In this document: in pieces, positions 30,178 through 46,523 of the stretch
How the letters are laid out: every line of letters starts with the position of its first letter
Position numbering within the stretch: position 1 is the stretch's first letter
Source: the human T2T-CHM13v2.0 reference genome, Homo sapiens
DNA length: 64,000 nucleotides
NCBI RefSeq assembly: GCF_009914755.1
Contig: NC_060931.1
Direction: 5' to 3' (one strand)
Position numbers and translations under genes: made by a program
Notes under the pieces: generated by a model
Seen by the model: the letters and a program-made list of their open reading frames with translations, nothing else
Told to the model about the DNA's origin: nothing
Databases searched by the model: none

Positions 30178-30757
30178 TGAACCGCAAGTTCCGAGGCTGT
30201 TGCAGTTACTTGGCAAGAGCTGGAGTGTCAAGAGTCAGGGGCTGCTGAGGAGGGGGTGACCTTGGTGCTGATGGGGTGTGGGGGCTGTTGAGGACCAGAT
30301 GGCAACTTCCCTTCCTTGGAGTTTTCTTCCTACCTCATCTTCTTCACCGCCTCCTCCTTGCTCTTCTCCTACCTCTAAGCTTAGGAGAGGCCCCCGGCTC
30401 TGTCCTGGGTCTTCTTCCTTCTCTGTGTACACCCACTTCCTAGGTGATCTCATCTAGTCCCGTGGTTTTAAATACTGTTTATTTGTGGGTGACTCCCAAA
30501 TTGATGACTTCTAGTCTTGGCTCTCCCCTGAACTCTGGACTTGTTCACCCAGCCATGAAACTGACATCTCCTTGGAGGCCACAGGTCTGGCAACGAGCCC
30601 AGACCCGAGAGTGATTCTTTCCACTCCCAAATCTGCTCCTCTTCAGGGCCCGTCTCTGCAAATGCCCCTGAACCACCTTGCACTCAGGGGCTCAGCTCAA
30701 GCTGTTTTTCTCCCATCTCGCACCCTGTTCATCAGCAAATCCTGTGGACTCAAACTA

Positions 30758-31219
<462 letters not shown>

Positions 31220-31412
31220 CTAAAATCCAGCTTCTTTCCTCTCCTTATCTGTAGCGTCTCTTTTCCTTGATCCGCCACTCTGGCCTCTGCTGTTCCTGGA
31301 CTGTGCCAAGGCTATCACAGGGCCTTTGCACTATTTTCCAGCCGGGAAAATCCCCTCACCTCAGCCTCCCGAGCAGCTGGGACTACAGACGTGCACCACC
31401 ACACCCAGCTAA

Positions 31413-31664
<252 letters not shown>

Positions 31665-32306
31665 TAGTGGAGATGGGATTTCACCAAGTTACCCAGCTGG
31701 TCTCAAACTCCTGACTTCAAGTGGTCTGCCCGCCTTGGCCTCCCAAAGTGCTGGGATGACCAGCATGAGCCCCCATGCCCGGCCATTTATGAGCTCTTTC
31801 TGTGTTGATGCTTGCGGACTGGGTTCGTTTTCACCACCGCTTAGTCATCCCTCAAGCCTCAAGCTGACACACCCAGCTGATACAGCTCCCCTTTCCTGGG
31901 GATAGGAAATAACATTGCCATGCACATGTCTCTTTGTTCACAAGTGGATGTTTCTGGAAGGAATGCTTTAACCCACTGGAGGGTAGTGAAAACAATTCAG
32001 CTGGTTGTGAAATAGAATGAGCAGATATTAGAAGAGCATACTGCATGTAGTAGGAGTAATTATTGTTTTGTTAGGCTCTTGCTTCAGTTTCACATGTGTG
32101 TTTAATGAACAGCTTTGTGCAATACTTTTTTTTCTTTTTTTTTCTTTTTAGAGACAAGATCTCACTCTGTCGCCCAGGCTGGAGTGCAGTGGCACAATCC
32201 TAGCTCACTACAGTCTCAACCTTCTGGGCTCAAGTGATCCACCTGCCTCAGCCTCCTGAGTGGCTGAGTTGACAGGCATGCACTATTATGCTCAGCTAAT
32301 TTTTAA

Positions 32307-32438
<132 letters not shown>

Positions 32439-32918
32439 TAATACAATTCTTACCATGGGTGGCACCCAGAGACTAAAAACCAGAAGGGCACTACTGAATC
32501 AGGGTACAGGCAGTGTCTGAGACTCTGGTTAGCCTACAGAGTCATCAACGCACGTGTGCTGTAGACTTTTTTGTTTTTGCAAATGAGGGTGAGATCATAT
32601 CTCACTGTGGTTTCAATGTGCATTCCTCCCTAATGACTAATGAGGTTGAACCTCTTTCCATCAGTTTATTGGCTCCTGGAGTTTCCTTTTCTGTGAATGG
32701 CTTTTGCTGTTGTATTCCATTGGGTCGTTTGATTTTTTTCCCTTTCCCTATTTTTAACTGACAAGGAACAACCGTATATATTAATGGTGTATGACATGAC
32801 ATTTTGATATAGGGATGTATTGTTGAATGACTAAGCAAGCCCTTTAACATATGCATCACCTCACATACTCATATCATTAGTTTGCAGTGAGAACATTTAA
32901 AATCTACTCTCTTGGCAA

Positions 32919-33230
32919 CCTTCCTTCCTTCCTTCCATCCTTCCTCCCTTCCTTCCTCCCTCCCTGCTTCCCTCCTTCCTTCCTTCCTTCCCCCTTCCTC
33001 CTTCCCTTCCTCTCTCTCTTTCTTTCTTTCTCTCTTTTATCCCTCCCTTCCTTCCTCCCTCCGTCCTTTCCTTCTTTCTTTCTTTCTCTTTCTTTCTTCC
33101 TTTCTTCCTTTCCTTTCCTTTCCCTCTTTCTCTCTCTCTTTTCCCTTCCTTCCTTCCCTCCCTCCCTCCCTTCCCTGCTTCCCTCCTTCCCGCCTTCCCT
33201 CCTTCATTCTTTCCTTCCCTCCCTCCCTCC
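32919..33230 (+). repeat. Polypyrimidine tract at an antisense Alu tail
   Basis: Nearly pure C/T tract of about 310 bp. Confidence 0.9.
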
Positions 33231-33786
33231 TGCCTGGATCTTGTTCTGTTGCTCAGGCTGGAGTGCAGTGGTGCAATCTCCACTCACTGTAACCCCTGCC
33301 TTCTGGGCTTAAGAAATCCTCCTACCTCAGTCTTCCAAGTAGTTGGGACCACAGGTGCGTGCCACCATGCCTGGCTAATTTTTGCGTTTTTTTTTTTAAA
33401 TAGAGACAAGGTCTCAATATGCTTCCCAGGCTGGTCTCCAACTCCTGAGCTCAAGCAATCCACCTGCCTTGGCCTCCCAAAGTGCTGAGCGAGATTACAG
33501 GCTTGAACAACAGTGCCTAGCCAGCAATTTTCAAGTGTACACGAGATTGTTATCAACTATAGTTAGTGTGATGTACAACACATGTCTTGAACTCACTCCT
33601 TCTGGCTAACCAAAATTCCATGTGGGTCATTTAATTTTATCTTACTGATTTGTAAGAGTTCCTTGGATACTTCAGATTGTGGATACTGTTTGCAGCGTTG
33701 CAAACATTTCCCCCAGGCTCTCACAGCTTTTGGCTTTGCTTGGTGACTTGGGCCAGGGCAGTGGCGGTGGCTGGTGGTGGCCGTGA

Positions 33787-34065
<279 letters not shown>

Positions 34066-34985
34066 TGATCCACCTGCCTTGGCCTCCCAAAGTGCTGGGA
34101 TTATAGGTGTGAGCCCCTGTGCCCGACCCACAGTATGGTTTAAACAGAGAGGTGAGGGGGCTTTGAGGAACATTTTATTTTTTCTTATTTTATTTCTAAC
34201 TTTGTGAAACCCTAGGAAATGTCCTGGAAACATTTGCTTTAGGACATGAGACAAAAGAGCAGGTAGATGCCGGGCGTGGTAGCTCACACCTGTAATTCCA
34301 GCACTTTGGGAGGCTGAAGAAGGGGGATTGCTTGAGGCCAGAAGTTGAAGACCAGACTGCGCAACATAGCAAGATCCTGCCTCTACAAAAAAAAAATTTT
34401 TTTTTAAATTAGCCAGCCTTGGTGACATGCATCTGTAGTCTACTCAAGAAGCTGAGGCGAGTCTGGGCGGGGTGGCTCATGCCTGTAATCACAGCATTTT
34501 GGGAGGTCAAGGCAGGTGGATCACCTGAGGTCAGGAGTTCAAGACCAGCCTGACCAACATGGTAAAAATCCCATCTCTACTAAAAATACAAAAAGTAGCC
34601 GGGACTGGTGGTGTGCGCCTGTAGTCCCAGCTACTCGGGAGGCTGAGGTGGGAGAATCGCTTGAACCTGGGAGCAAAGGTTGCAGTGAGCCAAGAATGTT
34701 CCACTGCACTGCAGCCTGGGTGATAGAGTGAGACTGTCTCAAACAAAACAAAACAAAACAAAACAAAAACAAAAATAAAAAGAGCAACTAGAGAAAGAGG
34801 GAGTGGATGAGGATGGGGCAGGGGTGCTGGGAGAATGTCGCAGAGAAAGGTCTAGGTGAGCTGGCAGAAAACAAATGTCTAAAAAGTTTGGTTCTGAACA
34901 AATTGGTTGATAAATGAATTGGTGAATGTTATGAATAATTTCCATTGCTTTTTGTTATATGTTGATTATTTTCAAATTTATTTAG

Positions 34986-35192
<207 letters not shown>

Positions 35193-36140
35193 TAGGGCTG
35201 GCTTTGAACTCCTAGGCTTAAGCGATCCTCCTTCAGCCTCCCAAAATGCTGGGATTACAGGTGTGAGCCACTGTGTCCGGCCTGCATTTATGCTTTTTTG
35301 TCCATTTCTCGGCACTTTATTTTGGGATGAATAATGTTTTTGAACCATGGGATGGTTTGACGACTTTATATCCCTTTTAAAACATTTTTAAAGTATTTCC
35401 ATTCATTTTTATTCAAAAATTTTTGAATTAATTTTAAGGAAGCAAAGATTTTTCTTTACATTTGGCAGTGAGCTTTTTAAAATTCAAATTTCAAAATCAT
35501 GTCGGGTGAATTCCATGTGAATTCCCATGTGAATTTCCATGTCGGGTGAAAATCATGTCCAAGTGAATTGCCTGAAAACTGGTTGCAATAATGATTTCCA
35601 CACATTGGTTTGTGAATTAATAAAATTTTTGCACCCTGAGTGGTTTCTTTTTTACAAGTTTGCACTTATTTGAAAGCAATTTTGTCCCATTTGTAGCTTA
35701 TTTTGTTTTGAAAAATTCTTGAGTTCCTTTTCCTTCACAGATACCGACTTCATTACTTATCAGCTCCCATACGCTGCCCCTCACAGGCTCTATTTCATTG
35801 GTTTCTCCCCGCAACTTTCCCTGCCTGGTTCTAAGTATTTTCCAGTTTTACAGATAATGAAATTTGGGGCAGGAGCTCTTGTAGCAGCTCAGTTCAAACC
35901 CAAGTTTGTCATCTCTGAATCTATTTCTTTAACCAGGATCCGGTCCTTCATACTTTCATTGCTTTTTGATCATTATTTTCGCATGTAATTGGCTTGGGTA
36001 AAACCATCTTCAGAAAGAAAAAATGCAGGCCAGGAGTGGTGGCTCACACCTGTAATTCCAGCACTTTGGGAGGCTGAGGTGAGAGGATCCCTTGAGTTCA
36101 GGAGTTTGAGATCAGCCTGGGCAACTTAGTGAAAACCCAT

Positions 36141-36143
<3 letters not shown>

Positions 36144-36193
<50 letters not shown>
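36144..36193 (+). repeat. (CA)n microsatellite in an Alu linker
   Basis: About 21 uninterrupted CA units. Confidence 0.9.
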
Positions 36194-36519
36194 AATAGCC
36201 GGTTATGGTGGCGCATGCCTGTAGCTTAGCTACTCAGGAGGCTGAGGCAGGAGGACCATTTGAGGCCAAGAGTTCCAGATAACCTGGGCAACATAGCAAG
36301 ATCCCCCTCTCTAAAATATTTAAAAACAAAAACAAAAAACAGAAAGAAGAAACACCAAGCTCCAATAAGTATACAGACATATTTATCCTTTTTGCGTATT
36401 TTTTGGCAAAAAAAAAAAGTGAAGATTTGAAACGAAATGAAGTTTTAACTTAGGAACATGACATAAAAAAAGATTTTGGTCCTGATCATTTCTCCGTGGT
36501 TTTGCCTCCAGCAACCCAG

Positions 36520-36900
36520 GCATGACGAGACCTGCACAGGGCAAACTCCTGGGGATGACGTGACGTTGCTGTTACCGGGAAACCGGCCTCGCAGGGCTTG
36601 GGGACCAAGCGAGTCTTTGGGAACTCTCCACCCACTAGCGCGGGGCGCCCAGGCGCGCCCCGGTGTCTGCTGCCCCCGTGCGGCCGCGCTGCAGTCCTGC
36701 ACCCTCAGGGGGCGCACCTGAGAGCCGATGGGTACCCAGGCTGGCAGACCTCAGAGGTGGGCTTCCTGCTTCTCCTCTCATCCTGGGTCCTGGGGCGGAG
36801 AAGGGCAGAGGCCGGTGAACGGCGCCCCACTCCCCGCGGCGTTGTGCAAGGCAGCGGCTACTGATAACTGGGGTTTCCCGCCTGGTCCTCCCTGCTGCCC
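36520..36900. promoter_or_regulatory. Orphan CpG-rich promoter-like island
   Basis: Abrupt CpG-rich non-repeat block after AT-rich DNA; TGACGTGACGT and GTTACCGGGAAAC motifs near 36555-36583. Confidence 0.55.
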
Positions 36901-39120
36901 TGCAAAGTGAAACTCCAAAGCCACACAGAGCAATGGTGCATGGATGGCCTTGAACCTGGTGCTGAGTAAGAAAGAGAAGGGCGCGAGCGGGGGGAAGCTT
37001 TGGACTGAGGGTTCAAGGCTCCCAGTTGATTGATCTACGTTGGAGGCTCCTCCCACAGCAGGTCCTGCTACCTTCAGGTGCAACCTGGTAGGTAGGGCCG
37101 TTATTCATTTCTTTCTTTTTTTTGGACAGGATCTTACTTTGTCACCCAGGCTGGAGTGTAGTGGTGCAATCAGGCTTACTGCAGACTCGACCTCATGGGC
37201 TCAAGCGATCCTTCTGCCTCAGCCTACTGAGTAGCTGGGAACACAGGCACATGCCACCATGCCCGGCTAATTTTTGAATTTTTTTGTAGAGATGGGGTCT
37301 TGCTATATTGCCCAGGCTGGTCTCAAACTCCTGGGCTCAAGCAATCCTTCCACCTCTGCCTCCTAAAGCACTGGGATTGCAGGCCTGAGCCACTGCACCC
37401 AGCCGTCATTTTTCTTTTCTTTTCTTTCTTCTTTTTTTTTTTTTTTGAGACAGAGTCTTGCTCTGTCACCCAGGCTGGAGTGCAGTGGCATGATCTTGGC
37501 TCATTGGTTGCAACTTCTGCCTCCCAGGTTCAAGCAATTCTCCTGTCTCAGCCTCCTGAGTAGCTGGGATTACAGGCACGTGCCACCACGTCCGGCTAAT
37601 TTTTTTGTATTTTTAGTAGAGACAGGGTTTCGCCATGTTGGCCAGGCTGGTCTAGAATTCCTGATCTGAGGTGATCCACCAGCCTTGGCCTCCCAAAGTG
37701 CTGGGATTACAGGCATTAGCCACTGTGCCCAGCCAGCTTTCATTTCTTAATTCAACAAATTTACACAGAGCTCCTTCTGTGCCCCTGGCACCGTTCTAGG
37801 CATGGGATGCAGCAGTGAGGCAGGTTCGTGGCCCTTGCCTTCAGAAGTGGCTTGGCAGGAAGGGGAGAAGGCAGGAAGATGAGAAGGTGATCCCGGGGTT
37901 TCTGGCTTGTGGACCTGCGTGGTTGGGACTGCTCTCCCTCAGTTAGCTTAGGGGACATCCTGAGTCGGTTTCACACCCCAGTGGAGGCTCCTGACCTCTG
38001 ACACTAGGTATCCAGGCTTCTGTGGGCACCTGTTCCTGTGGTCTGGGCAGCCACAGAGCCACAAAGAGCCCTGGCTGGAGTCTAGCTTGGGGACTAAGAC
38101 CAGGGCTTTGGTGGGGGCAGGGAAGGGCAGGTGACTAGAGCTGGGACTGAGACATGTGCCTAGCATTCCCATGGGGCTGCCCATAGGGGCTGTGGGACAG
38201 AGTGAGGTCTCTTCTGCTCTAGCTCCCACACTGACCACGGGGAGTGTGGTCAGTATGAGGCTGGAGATATCAGCTCAGCCTCTGTGGCAGTGGAGTTCTG
38301 GGGACAGGGATACCAGGTGATGGTGGTGGCAAACCAAAGAGAGGAGGGAAAACAAACTGCAAATCCCAGTCTCAGCCACCTCTCTTTCTTTTCTTTTCTT
38401 TTCTTTTCTTTTCTCCCTCCCTCCCTCCTTCCTTCCTTCCTTCCTTCCTTCCTTCCTTCCTTCCTTCCTTCCCTTCTTTTTTTTTTTTGAGATGGAGTCT
38501 TGCTCTGTCACCCAGGCTGGAGTGCAGTTGCCTGATCTCGGCTTACTGCAACCTCTGCCTCCCGGGTTCAAGAGATTCTCTTGCCTCAGCCTCCTGAGTA
38601 GCTGGGATTACAGGGATGCACCACTACACCCAGCTAATTTTTATATTTTTGGTAGAGACCAGGTTTCATCATGCTGCCCAGGCTGGTCTTGAACTCCTGG
38701 CCTCAAGTGATCCACCTGCTTTGGCCTCTGAAAGTGCTAGGATTACAGGAGTGAGCCACTGCACCCGGCTCAGCCACCACCTTCTGACCCCCAGCAATCC
38801 CTTTGCCTCTCTCCCCAAACCTACTCCTTCTCTTCCCCGCCCCCACTTGGTGGGCAGCGCTACTTTCTGCCTTTCACTCAAGTCTTCTGGTTGGGGGTAT
38901 CCCTGACCCCTGTCTCGCTTTACTTCTTTTCCTGTTCATTCCTCTGTTGGGATGCCTCTGTCTATGTGTCTTTCACATTTCTGTATGTCTTGTGAGTGAG
39001 GCACTAATGGATTGCCTTTTGCCCTGGACTTTCTTTTCTAGGATATCTGTATATCAGACAACCTTGGAAGACATAATGTCTCCTTCTGGGGCAAAAGGCA
39101 GCCCTGCTTACTGCACATTA

Positions 39121-39829
<709 letters not shown>

Positions 39830-40467
39830 TCATATCACCCTGTGGGATTTGGAGCTCAAGGAATGAATGGAAAATGCTTATAACCTAGTTCACTGCTATT
39901 GCCATGAGTAACATTGTCTTTGATCTCTGACCTGGGAGTCTCATGTCTTCCTGTGGCAGCTGTGGAGCTCTGGTTGGCTAACTTGTTAGCATGCAATTGG
40001 GCAACGTCTCAGATCATCGTGGGTCTTGACATCCTCCAATTCTATCTGTTGTACCTGCTACAGATTTCTGGCATCTGTTGTCTCCATTTCCAGGGCCTCA
40101 GCCCTGGTCAAGGCTCCCATCATCACATGTCTAGGGGTTTATTTGTTCTGGATTCCTTTTTGCTGTCCCTACCCCAGAGTCCTCTGCCTTAGTTTCCATG
40201 CACACTGCTTGAGCCGCCTGCTGCAAGACCCCCACCCGACCATCTGCTGGAGGGCTTTCTCTGGTGTTTGTGCTGGTAAGATTGGAGGTTCAGCGGGAGT
40301 TAATGTCCAACAGGAAGCAGACAGGTCATGGAAGATAAATACCCCAGTATTCATGCTCCTTGGGTGGGGTGACTCTGAGGTGCGTTCTGCACCATTTTCC
40401 AGGGGATTTTGGGGATCAGCCCCGGTTGTCTGAACTCAAACCCTGCTCATGAACTCATCTGTCCTTG

Positions 40468-40666
40468 CCTCTCTTTCTTTTCTTTCTCTTTCTTTTCTTT
40501 CCTTCCTTCCTTTTTCTTTCTTTCTTTCTTTTTCTTTCTTTTCTTTCTCTTTCTTTCTTTCCTTCTTTTTCTTTCTCTTTCTTTCTTTTTCTTTCTTTCT
40601 TCTTTCTTTCTTTCTCTCTCTCTCTCTCTCCCCCTCCCCTCCCCTCCCCTCCCCTTCCCTCTTTTT
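40468..40666 (+). repeat. Polypyrimidine tract at an antisense Alu tail
   Basis: C/T tract (TTTC, TC and CCCCT units). Confidence 0.9.
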
Positions 40667-40878
40667 ATCACAGAGTCTCACTCTCTTGCCCAGGCTGGAG
40701 TACAGTGGCATGATCTCAGCTCACTGCAACCTCTGCCTTCTGGGTTCAAGCAATTCTCCTGCCTCAGCCTCCTGAGCAGCTGAGATTATAGGTGCACGCC
40801 ACCATGCCAGGCCAATTTTTTTTTTTTTTTGTATTTTTAGTAGAGACGGGGTTTCACCATGTTGGTCAGGCTGGTCTC

Positions 40879-40931
40879 TGCTGAGACCAGCTTGGCTGGG
40901 GAGACCCTAACCCAGCAGCACTAGAGGAATT

Positions 40932-40971
<40 letters not shown>

Positions 40972-41437
40972 AAATAAAGAGGTGTGAAGTGGGAAATCAG
41001 GGGTCTCACAGCCTTCAGAGCTGAGAGCCTCAAACGGAGATTTACCCACGTATTTATTAACAGCAAGCCAGTCATTAGCATTGTTTCTATAGATATTAGA
41101 TTAACTATAGATTAGATTAGATTCCCATAGAAGTATCCCTTATGGGAAACAAAGGGATTGGGCCCAAATAAAGGGATGTGTTTGGCTAGTTATCTGCAGC
41201 AGGAGCATGTCCTTAAGGCACAGATCACTCATGCTCTTGTTTGTGGTTTAAGAACGCCTTTAAGCAGTTTTCCGCCCTGGGTGGGCCAGGTGTTCCTTGC
41301 CCTCATTCCGGTAAACCCACAACCTTCCACCGTGGGTGTCATGGCCATCACGAACATGTCACAGTGCTGCAGAGATTTTGTTTATGGCCAGTTTTGGGGC
41401 CAGTTTATGGCCAGATTTTGGGGGCCTGTTCCCAACA
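40879..41437 (-). mobile_element. MER9 (HERV-K HML-3) solo LTR inserted in an Alu
   Basis: On - starts tgttgggaacaggcccccaaaatctggcc; perfect 6-bp TSD GGTCTC at 40873-40878 and 41438-41443; the Alu resumes on both sides. Confidence 0.9.
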
Positions 41438-42034
41438 GGTCTCAAACTCCTGACCTCGTGATCTGCCTGCCTCGGCCTTCCAAAGTGCTGGGATTACAGG
41501 TGTGAGCCACTGTGCCTGGCCCCTTGCCTCACTTTCTGACTTCCTATGGATGCTTGCAGGGCCCACTCCCCAAATAAACTCATCACCCTTCAATTTTTTT
41601 TCTTTGTTTAGAGATAGGGTCTTGCTCTGTCACCCAGGCTTGAGTGATCCTGGCTCACTGCAACTTCTATCTCCTGGGCTCAAGCGATTCTCCCACTTTA
41701 GACTCCTGAGTAGTTGGGACTACAGGTGTGCATGACCAAGGCTGGTTAATTTTTTTCTTTTTTTGTTTTTTTGTAAGACAGGGTCTTGCTATGTTGCCCA
41801 TGCTGGTCTCAAACTCCTGGCCTCAAGCGATCCTCCTACCTTGGCCTCCCAAAGCATTGGGAATCCAGGCATGAACCCCGTTCCTAGGCGGCACTTGATT
41901 CCTGTTCCAAGATCTGGGGAAATCCGACCCGAAGGAAGCTTTGCTCTAAGACCTCCTTGGCCGTGTTGGGCTCAGACGTGGACTGAGGTTTCAGAGGAAG
42001 CAGTGGAGCAGCAGGAGCCAGGTAAAGGCAGTGG

Positions 42035-42098
42035 GTCACTGGCGGCAACCGGGTCCCCATGGTAACTTGGTCCCCACCCTGTGGCATCTGTGAGGTCA
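42035..42098 (+). promoter_or_regulatory. TMEM270: TMEM270 proximal promoter: X-boxes plus CRE-like element
   Basis: GTCACTGGCGGCAAC 42035-42049, GTCCCCATGGTAAC 42053-42066 (RFX X-box), TGAGGTCA 42091-42098. Confidence 0.65.
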
Positions 42099-42138
42099 CC
42101 CTGCTTCTCCCAGCCGGAGTAGGTGGGGGAGGCCAGAC

Positions 42139-42210
42139 ATGGAGGCCCTTCCTCCAGTCAGATCCAGCCTTTTGGGGAACCTGTTGCAGGTTACGAGGCT
42201 CTCAGTGCTG
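42139..42210 (+). CDS. TMEM270: TMEM270 coding exon 1 (MEALPPVRSSLLGNLLQVTRLSVL)
   Basis: gacATGG start, 24 codons, donor CTG|gtgagt; joins exon 2 in frame. Confidence 0.92.
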
Positions 42211-42706
42211 GTGAGTGGGGGCTGGGGGTAAGTGGGGTGGGGACCACACACCAGGCCCTTCACAGAGCCACCTCAGAGCTGCCGGGCCCAAGCCCTGCCT
42301 GTCCCATCCAGTGGAACGAGGTGGCTGCCTGCCTTCCAGAATAATCTGACATCTCCCAGAAGCCCCACTCCAAACTACAGTGTTGACATTTTCTTTTCTT
42401 TTCTTTATTTAGAGACAGGGTCTCGCTCTGTCGCCCAGCCTGGAGCGCAGTGGTGCCGGCTCAGCTCGTTGCAGCCTCCAACTCCCGGTCTCAAGCAATC
42501 CTCCCCCCTCAGCCTCCAAGTAGCCGGGACTATAGGTGTGCACCACCACGCCTGACTAATTTTTGTATTTTGTAGAGATGGTGTCTCACTACGTTGCCCA
42601 GGCGGGTCTCCAACTCTTGGCCTCACATGATCCTCCTACCTCAGCTTCCTGAGGTGCTGGGATTATAGGTGTGAGCCACCGCACCTGGCAGCATTTTCTC
42701 TATTGA

Positions 42707-42977
<271 letters not shown>

Positions 42978-43697
42978 TGATCTGCCCGCCTCAGCTCCCC
43001 AAAGTGCTGGGATTACAGACATAAGCCACTGCGCCTGGCTCATTCATCTCTCTCTCTTTTTTTTTTTTTCAGATGCAGTCTTGCCCTGTCGCGCAGGCTG
43101 CAGTGTAATGGTGCGATCTCGGCTCACTGCAACTTCCACCTCCAGGTTCAAGCAATTCTCCTGCCTCAGCCTTCCAAGTAGCTGGGATTACAGGCGTGCA
43201 CCACCACGCCCAGCTAATTTTTTGTATCTTTAGTAGAGACAGGGTTTCACCGCATTGGCCAGGCTGGTCTCAAACTCCTGACCTCGTAATCCACCCACCT
43301 CGGCCTCCCAAAGTTCTGGGATTACAGGTGTGAGCCACCGCACCTGGCCCATTCATCTCTTTTAAACATACACATGCTTGTGGTCGGGGTCACAACTCAG
43401 TCACACTTAGGAGGCCGAGGTGGGAGTATAGATTGAGCCTGGGAGGCCAAGGCTGCAGTCAGCCAAGATCATATAACAGGGGGCAGTTGAGAAAGACAGA
43501 CACCATTAGATTTGCATCTTGGGACCGGGAGCTGTGGCTCACACCTGTAATCCCAGCACTTTGGGAGGCCGAGGCGGGCAGATCACCTGAGGTCAGGAGT
43601 TCCAGACCAGCCTGACTAACATGAAGAAACCTTGTCTCTACTAAAAATACAAAATTAGCCACGCGTGGTGGTGCATGCCTGTAATCCCAGCTACTCA

Positions 43698-43862
<165 letters not shown>

Positions 43863-44016
43863 TTACCCTCTAGCTGTGTGAATTTGGGCAAATCACTTCA
43901 CCACTCTGAGCCCGTTTCCTCTCCTATAGAAATGATCTTGTGGGATCATGTGGGATATCATAGGTTTCCCTCCTCCCTGGTCTCAGCACCATAACCTGGG
44001 AGGTCCTATTTCCTAG

Positions 44017-44679
<663 letters not shown>

Positions 44680-45546
44680 TAGGTCTGTCGTGAATTATGT
44701 GACCCCTGCCCCATGTCTCTCACGCCTCCCTGCCCCTAATGGCATTGTCCTTTGCCCCAGCAGCCCTCCTGATGCCAGGGGACAACTGGTGCAGAGGCAA
44801 AGCCCAGCTACTTGGAAGAAGACAAGTGACCTGGGTTCAAAGCCCACAGGATTGGGGTGGGGGATCGTAACATGGTAATAATAGCCATGAAACCTCCTTC
44901 AGTCTGGAGTATTGTAAATAATCATTTAAATCCAATGGAGGCCAGGTATAGTGGCTCATGCCTGCAATCCCAGCACTTTGGGAGGCTGAGGCAGGAGGAT
45001 TGCTTGAGGCCAGGAGCTCGAAACCAGCCTGGATAACATAGCAAGACCCCGCCTATACAAAAAAAAAAAAAAAAAAAAAAAATTAGCTGGACTTAGCGAG
45101 ATGCACCTATAGCTCCAGCTACTTGGGAGGCTAATGGGGGGAGGATTGCTTGAGCCTATGAGTTCAAGACCAGCCCAGGCATAATAAGAAGACTCCATTT
45201 CTTAAAAAAAAAAAAAAAAAAATTAGCCAGGCATGGTGGCATGCACTTGTGTGGTCTCAGCTTTTTGGAAGGCTGAGATGGGAGGGTTGTTTAAGTGTGG
45301 GAGGTCAAGGCTGCAGTGAGCTATGATGACACCACTGCACTCCAGTGTGGACAACAGAGTGAGATCCTGTTTCTTAAAAAAAAATATCCAATGGAAAGGA
45401 ACCCAAATACAATATGAAACACCTTCTAATGTTCCCTTCTCAGAAGGGAGTCCTTCAAAGTGGACAGAGTTCATCCTTGCACATGTGGGGAGCTGAGGCC
45501 TTGAGATGGGGATCTGACTCAAGGTGGTCCAGCAGCTTCACCTCTA

Positions 45547-45738
<192 letters not shown>

Positions 45739-45741
45739 TCA

Positions 45742-45846
<105 letters not shown>

Positions 45847-45939
45847 TCAAAAAAAAAAAAAAAAGAAAAAGAAAAAGTGGGGTTCCTGTCCCAGGAGGGT
45901 GATGATGGCTGACGGTTGTCTCTCTCTCTTCTTCTGCAG

Positions 45940-46368
45940 TTGGTTCAGAACCGAGATCACCTCTATAATTTCCTGCTCCTCAAGATCAACCTCTTCAACC
46001 ACTGGGTGTCAGGGCTGGCCCAGGAGGCCCGGGGGTCCTGTAACTGGCAGGCCCACCTACCCCTGGGAGCTGCAGCCTGCCCCCTGGGCCAGGCTCTCCG
46101 GGCTGGGCTGGCTCTGATACAGGTCCCCGTATGGCTGGTGCTACAGGGACCCAGGCTGATGTGGGCTGGCATGTGGGGCAGCACCAAGGGCCTGGGCCTG
46201 GCCTTGCTCAGTGCCTGGGAGCAGCTGGGCCTGTCTGTGGCCATCTGGACAGATCTGTTTTTGTCATGTCTGCACGGCCTGATGTTGGTGGCCTTGCTCT
46301 TGGTGGTAGTGACCTGGAGGGTGTGTCAGAAGTCCCACTGCTTCCGACTGGGCAGGCAGCTCAGTAAG
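45940..46368 (+). CDS. TMEM270: TMEM270 coding exon 2 ([11 protein letters not shown]...GRQLSK)
   Basis: Pyrimidine tract then ctgcag|TTG, 429 nt, AAG|gtgggt; Trp/Leu-rich hydrophobic segments. Confidence 0.95.
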
Positions 46369-46523
46369 GTGGGTGGTCTCGGGGTGAGGCTGGGGTGTGG
46401 AGGGCAAACCTGGGGTACTGGGTGTGGTCAGGGCTGGCTGGGCTTGCAGGGGGGAGCCACAGCCAAGCAGTGTAACCCTATGAGCTCCTAAGGGCCACCT
46501 GCCCATCTGTCTCCCTGTTCCAG

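Noticed and set aside
35498-35570. Short catgtgaattcc-like tandem units, considered as a repeat-spacer array
   Set aside because: Only a few degenerate ~11-bp units with no unique spacers; eukaryotic context with no cas genes.
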